The notes under the pieces are model-generated. The model had not been told where the DNA came from, did no database searches, and saw only the letters and a list, made by a program, of their open reading frames with translations. Positions 1-13,809 of a stretch of 64,000 nucleotides of DNA are shown here, in pieces. Origin of the DNA: Octopus sinensis (taxonomy: Eukaryota). The translations under genes were made by a program, and so were the position numbers. The DNA lies in assembly GCF_006345805.1 (NCBI RefSeq), contig NC_042998.1:189720001-189784000 (forward strand), read 5' to 3'. The stretch's first letter is position 1. The number at the start of each line of letters is the position of its first letter.

Positions 1-14
1 ATATATATATATAT

Positions 15-50
<36 letters not shown>

Positions 51-350
51 CACGTGTGTGAGTGTGTGTGTATGTGTGTGCATGTATGTATGTATGTGTG
101 TACGTATGTGTGTGTAAGTGTATGTATATAAGTGTATATCTATCCCTACAATCTCTACATACAATATGTATATGCATTTGTAAACACGCACACACACACA
201 CACACACGCACGCACACACATATATATATTTATATATGTATATGTGTACGTGTGTGTGCGTGAGTGAATGTTTTATAAGTGTATATCTATCTCTCCATAT
301 ATATATGTTACAATATGCATATGCATTTGTACACAGACACACACATATCT
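1..350. repeat. Compound (AT)n/(GT)n/(CA)n microsatellite
   Basis: Directly visible dinucleotide runs; accounts for ORF 62..364. Confidence 0.95.
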
Positions 351-1006
351 CCATTTGGAACTAATTTTTCTCTTTTCATATATTTATTTATAATTGTCTT
401 TCTGAATCTCCATTGCATCTGAATCCCCCGTTGTATGTGTTAAGAGCATATATGAGAACAGGGAGAAAACAGTCTTTCAAGAAGCGAGTTAAAGCTATTT
501 TTTTTTCTTCCTAATCCTTTAAAAAGGGCATCCATAATACAAATTTATCTACTCCGTTTGTTTTTTTTTTTAAACCTCACTGCGTGGTTTATCTTATATG
601 AATATAGGTTGATCCATTATTCTACATTTTTTTTCCCGAGGTAACAATTTATTTTCTTTACTTCTTTTTCGCTTTCTGTCTACGTCGTGAGTTTTAAACT
701 CACCTGAATGGTCAGCGTAAATGAAAGCTTCCAGGTGCTTCGTTTCTTAAAGATTAGTTGTCACTAAGCCGTTAGTCGACAGCTGATTTTGATGGAGATT
801 AAAACAATTACGCCCTCTGGTATCTATCTTTCTACATCCTATATTATACTTGTAGTCACTCAACATAGATACCCATTGTTGTGTTGCTGTTGTTTTTTTT
901 GGTTTTTTTTTGCTTTTCGAACGTATGAAATATTTAGATAAGAACAGGAAATACTCGTCGTCAATGTTGTATAGTGAACAGCATTTAGAAATGGTATTCC
1001 ACGGTA

Positions 1007-1228
1007 AGGCGGCGAGCTGACAGAAACGTTAGCACATCGGGTGAAATGCTTTGCGGTATTTCGCCTGTCTTATTCCGCCGAGGTCGACTTTGCCTTTCAT
1101 CCTTTCGGGGTCGATAAATTAAGTACCATTTACGCACTGGGGTCGATATAATCGACTTAATCCGTTTGTCTGTCCTTGTTTGTCTTCTCTGTGTTTAGCC
1201 CCTTGTGGGTAGTAAAGAAACAAGTATT
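1007..1228 (+). mobile_element. tRNA-derived SINE, family A, monomer with internal deletion
   Basis: Head ggcggcgagctgacagaaacgttagc, core gtcgactttgcctttcatcctttcggggtcgataaattaagtacc, tail gtagtaaagaaa; colinear with copies at 48-53 kb; direct repeat gtattccacg at 994-1003 and 1224-1233 resembles a TSD. Confidence 0.9.
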
Positions 1229-3315
1229 CCACGTGTTTAGGTTGCACTCGTGAATGAGTAAAAATAAGTTGTAAGTGGAAAATATTTCAGTTCATTCAGT
1301 GTGTTATAGTGTCGCCAATGGCAGAATTTATAGCAAGTCATAGAAAGGATTTTTTGTTGTGACCATTTACATTCTGATTTCAAATCCTTCAGCCATGCTT
1401 TATATTCATCAAGAGTTGAAATAAAGTATTAATTAAGTAATAAAGTATTAATCAAGTACTGGGGGGTATATATAAACGTCCGTGTCCTTCTTCCCAGTTG
1501 GTGACCATTTACTAGTGACCAATGCTAATAATCAATAGTATGTTGCATTGTTTTTATTGTATAACTCCGAGTCAATCCTGGTTAAGTAGATCTATGATGG
1601 AAACCAACCGTGACTATCCTGATGGTTACGCTATCCAATATGCTTATATTTTAAAGACAGTTTGGTATACTTTGGTGAACATTTGACTGTTATTTATAGC
1701 AGAACGTGCCACCAGAGGTTCTCGCTATGCCTACATTTTCTTAATGTTATGTGTTTCACATGGATGCCTTATATCTTAGCGAGTTCCGCAAAGAATCAGT
1801 GAGGCTGTGATGAGAACACTCTTTCATAGCTTCTTTGACACAACCGATCGTGATGTAGATACATTCGCCTACTTGGACAGTAAGTGGCAAAAACGATAGA
1901 ACAGCAGATTAATGATTTGAGATATTTAACCACATCACTATGCATCTTGAGTTTAAATCCCTTCGTAGCGGACTTTATTTTCCACCGATAAAATAAATCT
2001 GGTATAAACGAGTACTGAAATCATTTACTCGAAATCTCATGACTAAGATAAAAATGAATATTAATTTGCTTATAAAATAATTTCACAGGAATAATAATTT
2101 CTTTTTGTTGTTCTTCTTCTTTCGGATTGCGTCAAGTGCGATGTCAAATCTGACACATATCCATATTTTTGTGGCAATGTGCCATCATCATGGTTTCTAA
2201 AACTAATAAATGCTAGAGCTTGCTGTGATTGATAAGGTTTACATCCTCTTCTGTCCTTAAAGCGGAACGCCAGATTTGTTCAGGATTGTCAGTTGTAGAT
2301 TTATGCTTGAAGAAGAGACACCAGAGTCCGTCCACAAAATCGACCCCTCAACAACGTGACCTGTGCTTTATTTTACCTATACACCAAGAATAAAAATTAA
2401 AGTTTATCTCGTCGAGATCTTCCAAGAATTTTGTTCACTGCTCCGACGAAGCTGTTAAGCTATCACCAAATAGTGCTCAGGTCAAATACTGACTTGGTTA
2501 ACATTTTATGTTCTTTTTAAATCGTTTGACAGCAGCTGTCATAATTAAGGGATTAGACTAAACCCAGAATTTGCTTTCATTTGACAATGAATTTAAAAAG
2601 TAAATAAAATATAATTGTAAGTAAAAGTACAATTTTATATTTGACCTAGTTATTCTCCTTCAGCGTTAAAAATAGGCCAAGGTTTCAGGTGCTGATTAAG
2701 GTATTGTAATGGAATGTTGTTACTGGTTCTAACATCTTGGTGATTATAGCTGTGATCACTTCATCTTTTTGTTTAAGTTCAATGTACTCCAAACTATATA
2801 AGCTAATGTATTATATTTCTAAAGACAATATGATGTTATTTGAAGGAGATAGGTTTCCCTCTGCTGCTTGTGTAATAACATAATTTAATGCAAGCTCTAT
2901 CAACGATATGTGATTTACGATTTCTTTTAATGAGGAATAATCCATAAAGCTGGGTTTTTTTCTTTAATGATGTTTAATTATCAACTCTGGGTGAGCTTAA
3001 AGAAGATTTTGAACTTAGAGCGTTAAAAAAATGTAGCTAAAACACGCAAAGCAGACCGGCGCCATACGTTTTCCGCAAACACCAACTGATCTATGATTTC
3101 AAAAATAGATACGATACCTGTGGGATGTGGTGAGGAAACAGGCAAATATATCTATCGCAGTACTTCACTGGTATGTAATTTATCGAATTTAAGGACGGTA
3201 ATCTTTGCTGGATTGGAACTCAGAAGTAAACGGATGAAGCTAAATACTCGTAAGATATTTTGTCCCTCGCACTACCATTTCTGCCAATCCACTATCCTAA
3301 TGACCTTTGATTAAT

Positions 3316-3509
3316 ATTGGTTTCAAATTGGCACTAGACCAGTAAGTTCGAGGGAGGGGATAAGTCGATTACCTCGACCTCATTTTATCGACCCCAAAAG
3401 ATGAAAGGTAAAGTCGACCTCGGCAGAATTAGCGCTCAGAACGTAAAGACGGACGAAATACCGCTAATAATTTTGTCGGACGTGCTAACGATTCTGTTAG
3501 CTTTGCCTT
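3316..3509 (-). mobile_element. SINE family A, variant tail (A2)
   Basis: Reverse complement of the A head and core (gatgaaaggtaaagtcgacctcggc...cgtgctaacgattctg) with the ggtttcaaattggcac-type tail. Confidence 0.8.
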
Positions 3510-4967
3510 TGATTAATATTAAAACCATAACTCCTGTAACCCAATTGAACTACTGTTATGTTAACGATTTTAGGATTAAATCTTTAAGCTAGGGAAGGGG
3601 TAACGGAGAATACAACCGTTGCCGATGCCCTAAGACTAGTGACATTGAGCATTGAAGCAACTTATGACAACATGGTATCTGCGGGTTTATGTATGCAGGA
3701 AAAAATGAAAAAAAAAAAAAAACATAGACGGGGAGGGGATGAGGTGGTTGGGTGCAACAGGAGATATAGACATGGGAAGGTTTTATCTACAGTTTTAGGA
3801 ATAAACTTATATTTTAGACATGATTTTAGGATTGCACTAGAAGAATAGTAAAGATTTCGTAGCTGGAAGCCATGAAAATTCTGTTTGCTAAAGCAATCTC
3901 AAACATTCGTACATAGAAATAACGTGAAATAACTTTGAAAGAAAATAAAGCAGGAAATATTTTAAGAATGATAAAAATTGGCAAAAAACAAAAACAAAAA
4001 AAAAAAAAAACTGATTAAATCCTAAGAAACTATTCTTTTACAGTGGCAGTAATAACTATAGAATTTAGTTTCAGAAGTGCGTTTTGTGAAGATTAATGAA
4101 AAATAGAAAACGATTCAATAAGACATTTAATGATTATTCGCCGAGAAAATAATTATATATATTTAATAGATAAAATATGTCGAGTAATAAATAATGCTAA
4201 TAATTTCATGACCAAAATGGTGGAATAGCAAATATTTTGTGTCTGAAATTAGAAAATACTTCTATATATTAGCAATGTATGAAGGTTTTTGAGTTCTTTT
4301 TCACTGTCTACATATTGAAATGGTTCGCTGAAAGTTAAAAATTACAGACCAGAGTACTCACATATATATGCGCACATTCATATATACACACACATCTATA
4401 CATACTCTTACACATATAGTTTCACTCGCAAATTCATGCACTCATGCTTACACACATACACGCCTGCAAGCTTACAACTGTACAAAATCATATACAGATA
4501 AATATGTACACAAACGCATGCGCACATGCGCATATTCTCATAAACATACACACTTACACACATACACACAAAACGGACGTAACTTGCACATATATACCCA
4601 CAAATACACTCACACACAGCATATATATAAAACATGTTTTTAAAGCTAAAATTTATGATTCCTATTAACTAAACTATGTGAGATTTAGATTGTATCCAGC
4701 AATCTACAAAATAATATTTTAGGTCTTCTACAAATGAGTTCCAGAGAACTACCAGACTTTACAATTCACCTGCACCAAAGTATTCTTGTAATTAACTAAT
4801 TAATTTTGTTCAGAATTCTTGGAAAATCTAATCCCTGAATCTTCAATTCCAGCAGGGTCTCGTTAAACCTGGAGATATGCAAAAATATTATTCCCAGAAA
4901 TTATATCCTCCAAGGCACAGAAAATATGTAACGAAACGCTAAAGAGGGTAAAACGTTTTATGGATGA

Positions 4968-5262
4968 CTAGCAGTATGGCCCGGCGTTGCTCGGGTTTGT
5001 AAGGGAAATAACTATATAAGTATTTTTAGAGAGTTACTTCCCTTATATAAAACCGAGCGAAAAATGGATTAAAAATGCGGAAAAATGATGGTAAATTTTT
5101 TTTTAAATCGTAGACGCGCGCTAATACCCAGAAGGGCTCGATATGAATCATGACTATAATATACCCGGTTTTGGTTAAACTGCACCGCAAAATGTGGGAG
5201 TAGTTGGGAATCTAAATCGAATGGGACAGACACTCACACAACTACAGTTTTATATATAAAGA
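4968..5262 (-). mobile_element. Non-autonomous Helitron
   Basis: On the minus strand it starts TC, ends CTAG, has a subterminal hairpin cccgagcaacgccggg and sits at an A|T site; second copy at 48752-49149. Confidence 0.85.
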
Positions 5263-8200
5263 TTACAAGAAGAATATAAATAAAAAATTTTCTTTTGCCG
5301 AAAAAAAAAAAGAACCCACTCGCTTGCATTAAATCTCAAAGAATGCAGAATCTTAAGTAACTAGTGGTAGCTCAGATCAACAAAATTTATTTAATGAAGT
5401 TGGTAAATTTGGATAAGATCTTTCACCGTGTTGAGAAAAGAATTCTTCTCAACATGGCATTACGAACTCATTCGAATGTACGAATAACGTTGAATTGAAT
5501 GAAGTTTTCTAACTGAAGTAATAAAAACATTCTCATTTACTTCCTCCGTTGAACCGAAACATTAAGTAAATAAATAAATCATTTTTCAAATAACCATCGA
5601 GAAAGGCCATATAAAGTGTAAAGAAAAATAGGCAAAAGATGACTGCATAAAATACATTGATGGAGTAAAATTTCACAGTAAATATTTTTTAAATGTTTGA
5701 GCAATTACATTAGTTTACTGTGGATTGTAAGAATGTGTAATCATTGCAATATCAATAATGTAAGAGGCAAAGATGGAAGATGCTGCATAAGTCCTTTGCG
5801 TAGGATATTAATAGGAAATGTCATCAAACCATTTAAAACTTAAAACAAACACTTTTATCAACAATAACGACTGACTGTTCATCGAGTTCTTACCAGTCAA
5901 ACATCAGACATCAGAGACTTTTAAATTTTCATTCTAATAAGATTAGTTTTATTTGACGTTCTAATAACACTTTTATTATTATACCCAACTTGCTCTATAA
6001 ACTTCGAATTAAATCTATTATTACAGTTGCATCTCTGATACACATTGTCATGAATTTGTTTAAGCGTTTTGCATTAATGGTCTAAATGGATTAGGTAATA
6101 TATCTTCTTACTATATGCATTTAGGTGCATCACTGTCTACGAGGACTACATTTCTACTGTGTATGGTGAGAACGTTGGTCTTCATAAGATATTTAAGTAG
6201 GAAAATGAGAGGAGGAGTAAAGTTTCTCAAGCATTTTGCAATGTTAGAGAAGACAGAGGTTGTTAAATGCAGGAGAGAGTTAATCGGAAAAAAATGTCGC
6301 TCGTCGGATGAGTGGACGTAATCGAATACCTTTTATTGCGATAAATTGGTGTATTTAAGTTCAGTTTAATGCGATACATTGCAAAACTCAGATTTCCACG
6401 GGAGTATGAAAGAAGTATTGAAGAGGATGGCCAGAGCCTATATTAGGAATATCTATGACATAGAAGGAAATAATACGGCATGAACTTGGACACTCCATGG
6501 GCCCTGCATGTCTCGCAAGATTATACATCTGCGCCTGGAAAAGCTTCTCTTCAAGGCGTAGGCAATCCCCCATGCTTGAAATGTCTCGTTTCAACACCAT
6601 CGATGTTGTCCAAGCGAAAAGCAAGAATCCGGTACAGTTTGGCACCAGTGTCTTCACAGGTGCTACTGTCAGGAAGTAAAGAGCCGGACAGGTATCACAA
6701 GATATCCCACCTGATGCTGCTACAAACCAATTCTTTGCTTTGGACGGGTTTTTAGTTTATTGACATCGAAAGGATTTGAGCTCAAAGCCCAAATATCGCA
6801 AGCTGTTCTATCCGAAACTGACAGCTCTGGCAATTCGCCTCTCTTTATTATCTTTCAACGATCAAGAATTAATTCGAGTGCAGGACATATTAGAAAATTA
6901 AAATTTTAAATTCCCCAGTAACAGAAGTAAAAATAGCTCTCTGTTCAATGTGCAATGAAGCAAAATAAAGCAGACAACTCTATGGAATAGAGATACTGAG
7001 ATTTATTTAAAATAAACTCTACACGTTTTATTCATAATATAAACGTTTCTATTTTTGAATAGCAATATTATTTATTATTGAATAGCAATATTATTTATAT
7101 ATTTTAATCTGTAATTCGCAGGAATAGAATATGAATACCAAGAAGATCAAACTTTGAAGGCTTTTGGGTGTAGATATAAAACTAGACGGTAAAGCAAATG
7201 AAAATCATTGAATCAGTTTTACTCGGTGTGTTACCTTTTCATTACATTTACATCTCCTTTGGATCAATGATATTTTCAATAACAGTTGGCAACTGAAATA
7301 TAGGTGTTTCGGAACGTTTTCTGAAATAAAATCACATAGTTAATGATCTGAGGAAATCTAAGATGTTTTGCAGAAAACGTACATTTTACACAAAATAGTA
7401 TTAACATATATAATGCATGCATTTACTTAGACGTAATACAAATACAGACATATATGAATACATAAGCACTTGCATGCAAACACACATAAAAAGCAACAAA
7501 GTCAGACAATATCAAGAAATAGCACAGGAATAAGATCAGTCCAGATAACGTCTGAATGCCACATAATATCATCCTGATATCATTTGAATACGAATGAAAC
7601 AAAAAAATAAACACGAAGAAAATATTTTCTGATGATAGATTTGAAATAGCATTGGTTATATTCAGAATATGATGACTTCTGACGGAAACTTAAGGTAGAA
7701 TTTTAGGGATGAAATAACCATGGGTACTTATGCAAAAATATTTTTATCACAAAAGCTTCTGGGATAAAACACCAATGTAAAAGATATGGCTTCACCGCTC
7801 ACTAAAGAGATAACCGCTTCTAAATACTCACCAATAAATAATCCAGTCTGTCTATGCGTTACCCGTTATCGACTCAAGCAATATGTGCAAATGTCTTTAT
7901 AAAGTGAAAGCATAGCACTACATGTTATGAATTATACATTGAATGCTGATAATTGTAAATAAGGAATTATTTGTAGTAACTTCCTTGTCAGATGGGTTGA
8001 TTTACCTGAACTGAAGCCTAAGGAGGAACACAGGTATTCCGTGAGTAAGAAGATTCCGACCATATAGATAAGGATAATACTATCTCATCCAATTTATAAT
8101 AATTGATTAAGTACAAACATATAGAAACATATATCTTTATCATCTAAGAACAGAAGATAGCTGCTAATTACTTAAGGAATCAAAGGTGAATGTAAGAATT

Positions 8201-10204
8201 CTTTATATTGTCGAGTTCGGATAAATAAAAAAGAAAGAAAGTAATATTTGGGTTCACCTTAGTGAAACAATCATCTACTGCAACATATGCGCATGTATGA
8301 ATTTATAGTCATTTATATCCAATTTATTGTTTTGTTAGACACTCTGGGGTACCAATTATTAAGCTACAAAAACCGAACCAGCCTCACCCAGATATCTTTA
8401 TAATCAAAGGGTAGAAATCTTTAAGATGGTTATGGGCTTTCTCATTTTACAATCAGTAATATTTTCTGTTCGCATAAAATCGTTGCCGAAGACTGCGTTT
8501 TTGAATTAATTTCAAGTCATTTCTTTCATTGGTTATTTTCAGAGACACTGGAAATCATTGTATGAAGTAAAAATAAAATGCGACAGTAGTAAGAACGAGG
8601 AGATAAGTACAGGTTCCCCACAAGATACTGCTGCATGGGAAAATGCTGTTACTATGATGTTAGCGGTATCTCTTCACACTCATAAACTTTTCCAATGATC
8701 ATTTTAAAACTCAGTTGTTTGCGACCACACATCATGTTTGTGGTTACGTGAGTTGTGCAAAATGGTGTAAATTATGAATTTATCTTCCATATTAGTTAGT
8801 AATAATTATCTTCGGCACATTGTCGGTCTCTACTTTTGCACTACATACTTCAATCAGGATTTTGACAACACAGTTATTGACATTTAGCATCTGAGTCCAA
8901 TTTGACTTAAAAATAAAATTTTGTTGAGTGGGCTCTGTGCATGCATCAGTGTCATGAGTGACAGTGTCTCTGCAGAAAGTCGATATCGGTGAGGGCTTTG
9001 TCCTTACGTTATTGATGATCTTACTGGTTTACTTAATATTTGTACGACTCTAGTGCTCTTTGTCAAGGATGTAGTGGCTACAAAACATTTGAAGAACTAA
9101 TTGCTATCTCCATATCAAACTTGGTTGATGCACTTTTTTCTAAACTCACCGTCTGAATAACGTCTGAATGCTCATTCAACTCCTACTTTAATCTATGAAG
9201 TCGAGAAGTTATGGAACATTTCCGTCACGTCACCACAGCCAGTGATCGGAAGTAATTAACGATTAGAGAAGTAATGCATTGCTTATTTAAGAGTGTTTTG
9301 TTATTGCCGTCACAATAGTTTCAGGTGTCACCAAGCGCACATTTTGGATTTTTTGTGAAGTCACTTATTTTATATCTGAAATTCACATAAAAAATTATTT
9401 TAGAATTCACCTTGCTGTTATAAACATATAGATTTAATCCATTTGTTGCTAATGTTGCAAGAAAAAAAAATGAGTTAAATTTCAACAGAAAAAAAAAAAG
9501 AAAATATTCTTTGTTAGCATCAAAAGAAGAATTCGGTGTTTGTATAAAATTGATCAGTTCAAGACTTGAGAATGCAATTTACATAGGAATTTATTGTCGA
9601 AACAGCGCGTCCCTATCTTGGTTGCCTTTTTTTGTCTCTATACTTTCCAAAACATTTCACTAAAATTAAAATTGAAAAAATATTTTTACTGAAAGAAGTG
9701 AACCCAAATATGACACTTGCTACTGTGTGATAAGATGATGAGAATGAATTTGTTTTGTTGCCAAATCAAAGAAACCCCATTAATTTCCCTGTCGGCTTTA
9801 ATTTTTCACTCACTCTCTAACCGAATAAACGACGCGTATGCAAAATATAAAATTCTTGAGTTTCAAAAATTTAATATCTTTATTGATGTCATTAAATGAC
9901 GTTCTTGGAAAATATTCTTCTTGCGGAGAAGTTTGAAATTATGAAGTGTGCAATAAAATACACGCCTGAATTGAAAACTATTGGAATTATTAAATCAATA
10001 GTGAATAATGCATGGTGATAATCAATAATGAATTAAAACAACTACTTAAAAGTAGTAAATAATTTTAAAATATAATTTAGGCCTTTGAAAAGGTAACTTC
10101 AATCATCTTATCGAATGATTCAAGTACAATGAAAATATGAATGCATGTGTGTGTTTATCTATCTATCTATCTATCTATCTATATATATACCTACATGTAC
10201 GCAC

Positions 10205-10272
10205 AAATAACAACAACAATAATAATAATGACGATGATGATAATAATAATAATGATAATAATAATAATAGTA

Positions 10273-10331
<59 letters not shown>
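10205..10331. repeat. (AAT)n/(GAT)n/(AAC)n trinucleotide tract
   Basis: Visible; forms the left flank of the family D element. Confidence 0.95.
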
Positions 10332-10335
<4 letters not shown>

Positions 10336-10828
10336 GTCTTGATGCCGTACCAGGCAGTGCCTCTCATGGCTTCTGATCTTAACTGATTGGAAGTGTTATC
10401 ATGTACATTGTTTTGGTTTGGGTTATAAGTTGGGCTACAGCAAATATTCCGCTCAATACCACAGATTTGCCTGTCAGTTGCTTGACCTTAATCAGTTGAG
10501 CATGTTCTTTAGTGGTTGACGATATGTGCATCTCTGATCATGAGCAGAAGTAGTGGGGGAGCATCATAGCCATGTGTTGAGAGGGATTCTTTGGGGTTTG
10601 GATAATTCACCTCTGGAAACATGGGTGTCTTGTTCATCATCCTTAAACAGCCCTTATTCTAACTGGGCCCTACCTGCAAGGTCATGCGCTGTTTATCTTG
10701 ATATGAGATCACCATGTCGCGCACATATGGTTGTGATGCATGTACCTGGTGTACCCTTATCAGGGTATACTGGGCTTCGTATATTTTACCCCAGTATCAC
10801 TTTGATGGCATGCACTGCTCACTCACTC
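10332..10828 (+). mobile_element. Family D non-coding retroposon-like element embedded in (AAT)n
   Basis: 3' half matches the reverse complement of 24208-24452; both copies have (AAT)n on both sides; no coding or tRNA homology seen. Confidence 0.75.
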
Positions 10829-11222
10829 AATAATAATAATGATAATAATAAATATTCGCACATACCTCATTGAATTTGGAAGAGGTGGACCTCAATTGAG
10901 TCGATCTCAGTACCTTAACTAGCATTATGTTTTATCAACACTGGCTGAAAAGCAGAGTTAAACTCGGTGGAATTTGAGCCCAGAAGGAAAAAATGACGGA
11001 ATTAAATGTTGGAAGTTCGACACTCATGGTTAAGCCCTGCCTTGTTGTTATTATTATTGTTCTAATTGTGTTTGTAGTTATCCCCTTCCTCCCCTTCCCC
11101 ATCCTTTTCACTCTCCTCCTCCTCCTCCTCCTCCACCTCCCCCATCCTCATATCTGCTATTAAAGCACAATTATATGTATTAGGGGGCCGTGATCCGATT
11201 CTTCTTCTAAAACATGTCAATG

Positions 11223-11272
<50 letters not shown>

Positions 11273-11399
11273 ACTAACCCAGAAGACCTATATTAAATTA
11301 GAATGCCAATAAAGTCAATAAAGGAACGTGTTAAGAGTTCATCGAACTGCTAGAAATAATGACTGCATCTTTGTCAGTTAAAAAGAAAGGAAGGGACAC

Positions 11400-11510
11400 T
11401 TTAGATAATATAGTACCATATATTCCTGAAATAACGAGATGGTCACAGCTAAAATGCCTTTGATCATAGGTCTGCTCAATCAGGGTTGACCAGAGGCTAA
11501 AATATCTACA
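11400..11510 (-). repeat. Old, decayed interspersed repeat (family E)
   Basis: agacctatgatcaaaggcatt...tgaccatctcg-like motif; similar decayed segments near 1570, 13040-13230, 38540, 48430 and 61270-61500. Confidence 0.45.
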
Positions 11511-13773
11511 AAAGACAGCGAGATCTATCAGGATCCAGATCCATACAACTGATCGTTTGATGTGCTTGCTTGTTTCTTAGACAAATGTGAAAGAATGTCT
11601 GAAGTCTTTTGATATCAACTGAACTGTAAAACTAGATTGATTTGTGGAACTTAACCCGTTCGTGAGCTTAGCCAATCTTCTTGATTTCAGCAACTTAACC
11701 AATCTTGTTTATACAACTGTTCTATCCACTCTATTCATCACACGATAAAGTCTGTCAGAGTTTTGATGTAAAGTGGTGTAACGAAAGATGGCCGTATTTG
11801 TGATCTGAAAAAAAAACTTTCTTTGTCAACTATTACTCATTGTATATCCAGGAACTAATAGAGCAGATAATAAATATTTATAGATACCTTGGCAAAGTTT
11901 TTATTAAAAAAGATTAAAAAAACACACACAAAATCTGTTCTTTTATCTTTATAAATGGCTCTTAGGTAACTTTAACTATCTGAAGTCCACTGTTTTGTTA
12001 ATTAGATATTCTGGTCACGTCTACATGCATAAACACACTTAGAGAGATGTTTGCGTGTGTATGCTTGCATGTGTGTGTGTCTGTGTGTATGTGTACATAT
12101 ACTTATGAGAAAGCGCAAGTATTTGTCTACGTACATATATGCATATATCTAAAAGTTTTTTTGGATAAATTTGTTGGCTCATTTCTTGTATTTATATCGA
12201 GGTATTACAAGTTTATACTTTTAGATCCAATTGCAGAACTGACGAAAACGAAGAAACGGTGATAAATATTTTGTAAGTATATTTCTTTAGAGAGAAAAAA
12301 AAAAGCGCGTGCGATAGCATTTGAAAACATAAACCATAAACCATAAATGATAAAACGTAAAACATCTTTGAAAAAAAATGGAAAAAATGTCCAAAATGGA
12401 ATAATTTATAGAAAAATCCATTTTCCATCGTGGTATAATAATGGTTCGATCAATAATGAATACAATTCAGTAAAGTAATAGAAGTGTGCATTTACGAACA
12501 TTGGTCAAGGTTAAATATACTGATTCTACGAAATATAAATAAATGGTGCGCGATGGCAAAACCGGTAGAGCGTCGGACATAAACACCCACCTCACAAAAA
12601 AAAAAAAAAGCCCCCTCCAAAAAAAAACACGTGTGGTTGCGTTTGTGAGTTCATATAACTCTCAAGTATATTTTGCTTTTAATCCTTTCCAGGTCGATAG
12701 AATGAATACTGAAAGTCTTTGTGGTCGAGTATACCCCACATGGAAGTGCTCTGGAATGATTACTATCTGAAGAATGAAATCAGTGAAAGAATAAAAGAAT
12801 ACTTGTCCTATAAAAGATTTTCGAATGTTGCAAAGCATTAATGCATTCTTGATACATAAAAAAAGTTAAGATGGTCAAGAGTAGAACATTGGCCAAATGA
12901 TGAAAAAACTATGACATGAAGTCAACAAAGTTCCAAGAATAACGGATATGAGTTTCTCACCTATCGTTTGACACAGCAAGAATATTAAGCAGGATTAATA
13001 TTCAGATAACAAAACAATATGATAACGATACGACAAAGGAGCCTCTACCCGGTTGTTCGACCTGCTAGAAATAGCCCCAATACTACCCTCAATCCGTACC
13101 CTACTATCTTAAGAATACAATGGCTAACGTAATTCTAAATGAATTATATCTGAATAAAAGATATAATGGTCTCAGCAGGAGAAACCGGTAGGTGGATGCA
13201 CCAAGGATAACCTGATGCTAAACAATAAGGCAGTAGCAACAACAATAACAATAACAATAAATCTAACCATCATAATATATTATTGCTCTTATCGTCATTA
13301 TCTTTTTCTGCTTCCATTTAATATTATCAAAGAATTTGTTTTAAATAGATTTTCATTACTTTGAACATTTTAGTATTTTCACTAGTTTATTATTATTAAT
13401 TGATTGAAAGGAATGAGTTACACTGGACATGATGTTGGAAATTTTTCTGAAATTTCAAAGGAAACAAAGTATGGAGGAGAATTGAACAGGTAATAAAGTA
13501 TAGATAATATAAAAGGTATTGTATAACCTTATTGTATATATATATAAATGTATGTACTGATAATTGGCATAGTTAATAACGAAACATTGGTAAATTATTG
13601 TATGTAGGGAACATAAGTAGATAAGTAGTATTACGGTTATTTTGCGAATCAGAAGTTTTTAAACTCTTAGAAAGTCCACTCTGATATACGAAATTACACC
13701 AGTCCTGTCTGATATGTCTGATATGTCTGATATAACTGATATATATAAACGTGTCACTAAATATATGTATACA

Positions 13774-13809
<36 letters not shown>

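Noticed and set aside
5425-5460. Small bulged palindrome (gtgttgagaaaagaattcttctcaacat) as a terminator or ncRNA
   Set aside because: Short, isolated, and has no associated transcription unit.
7055-7100. Short direct duplications (also near 1419, 13708, 24875, 27128, 55014 and 59033)
   Set aside because: Ordinary slippage indels with no shared motif or pattern.
9215-9265. Cluster of CRE-like (gtcacgtca), ETS-like (cggaagt) and TAATTA motifs as an enhancer
   Set aside because: Short motifs are expected by chance in 64 kb, and there is no independent evidence.
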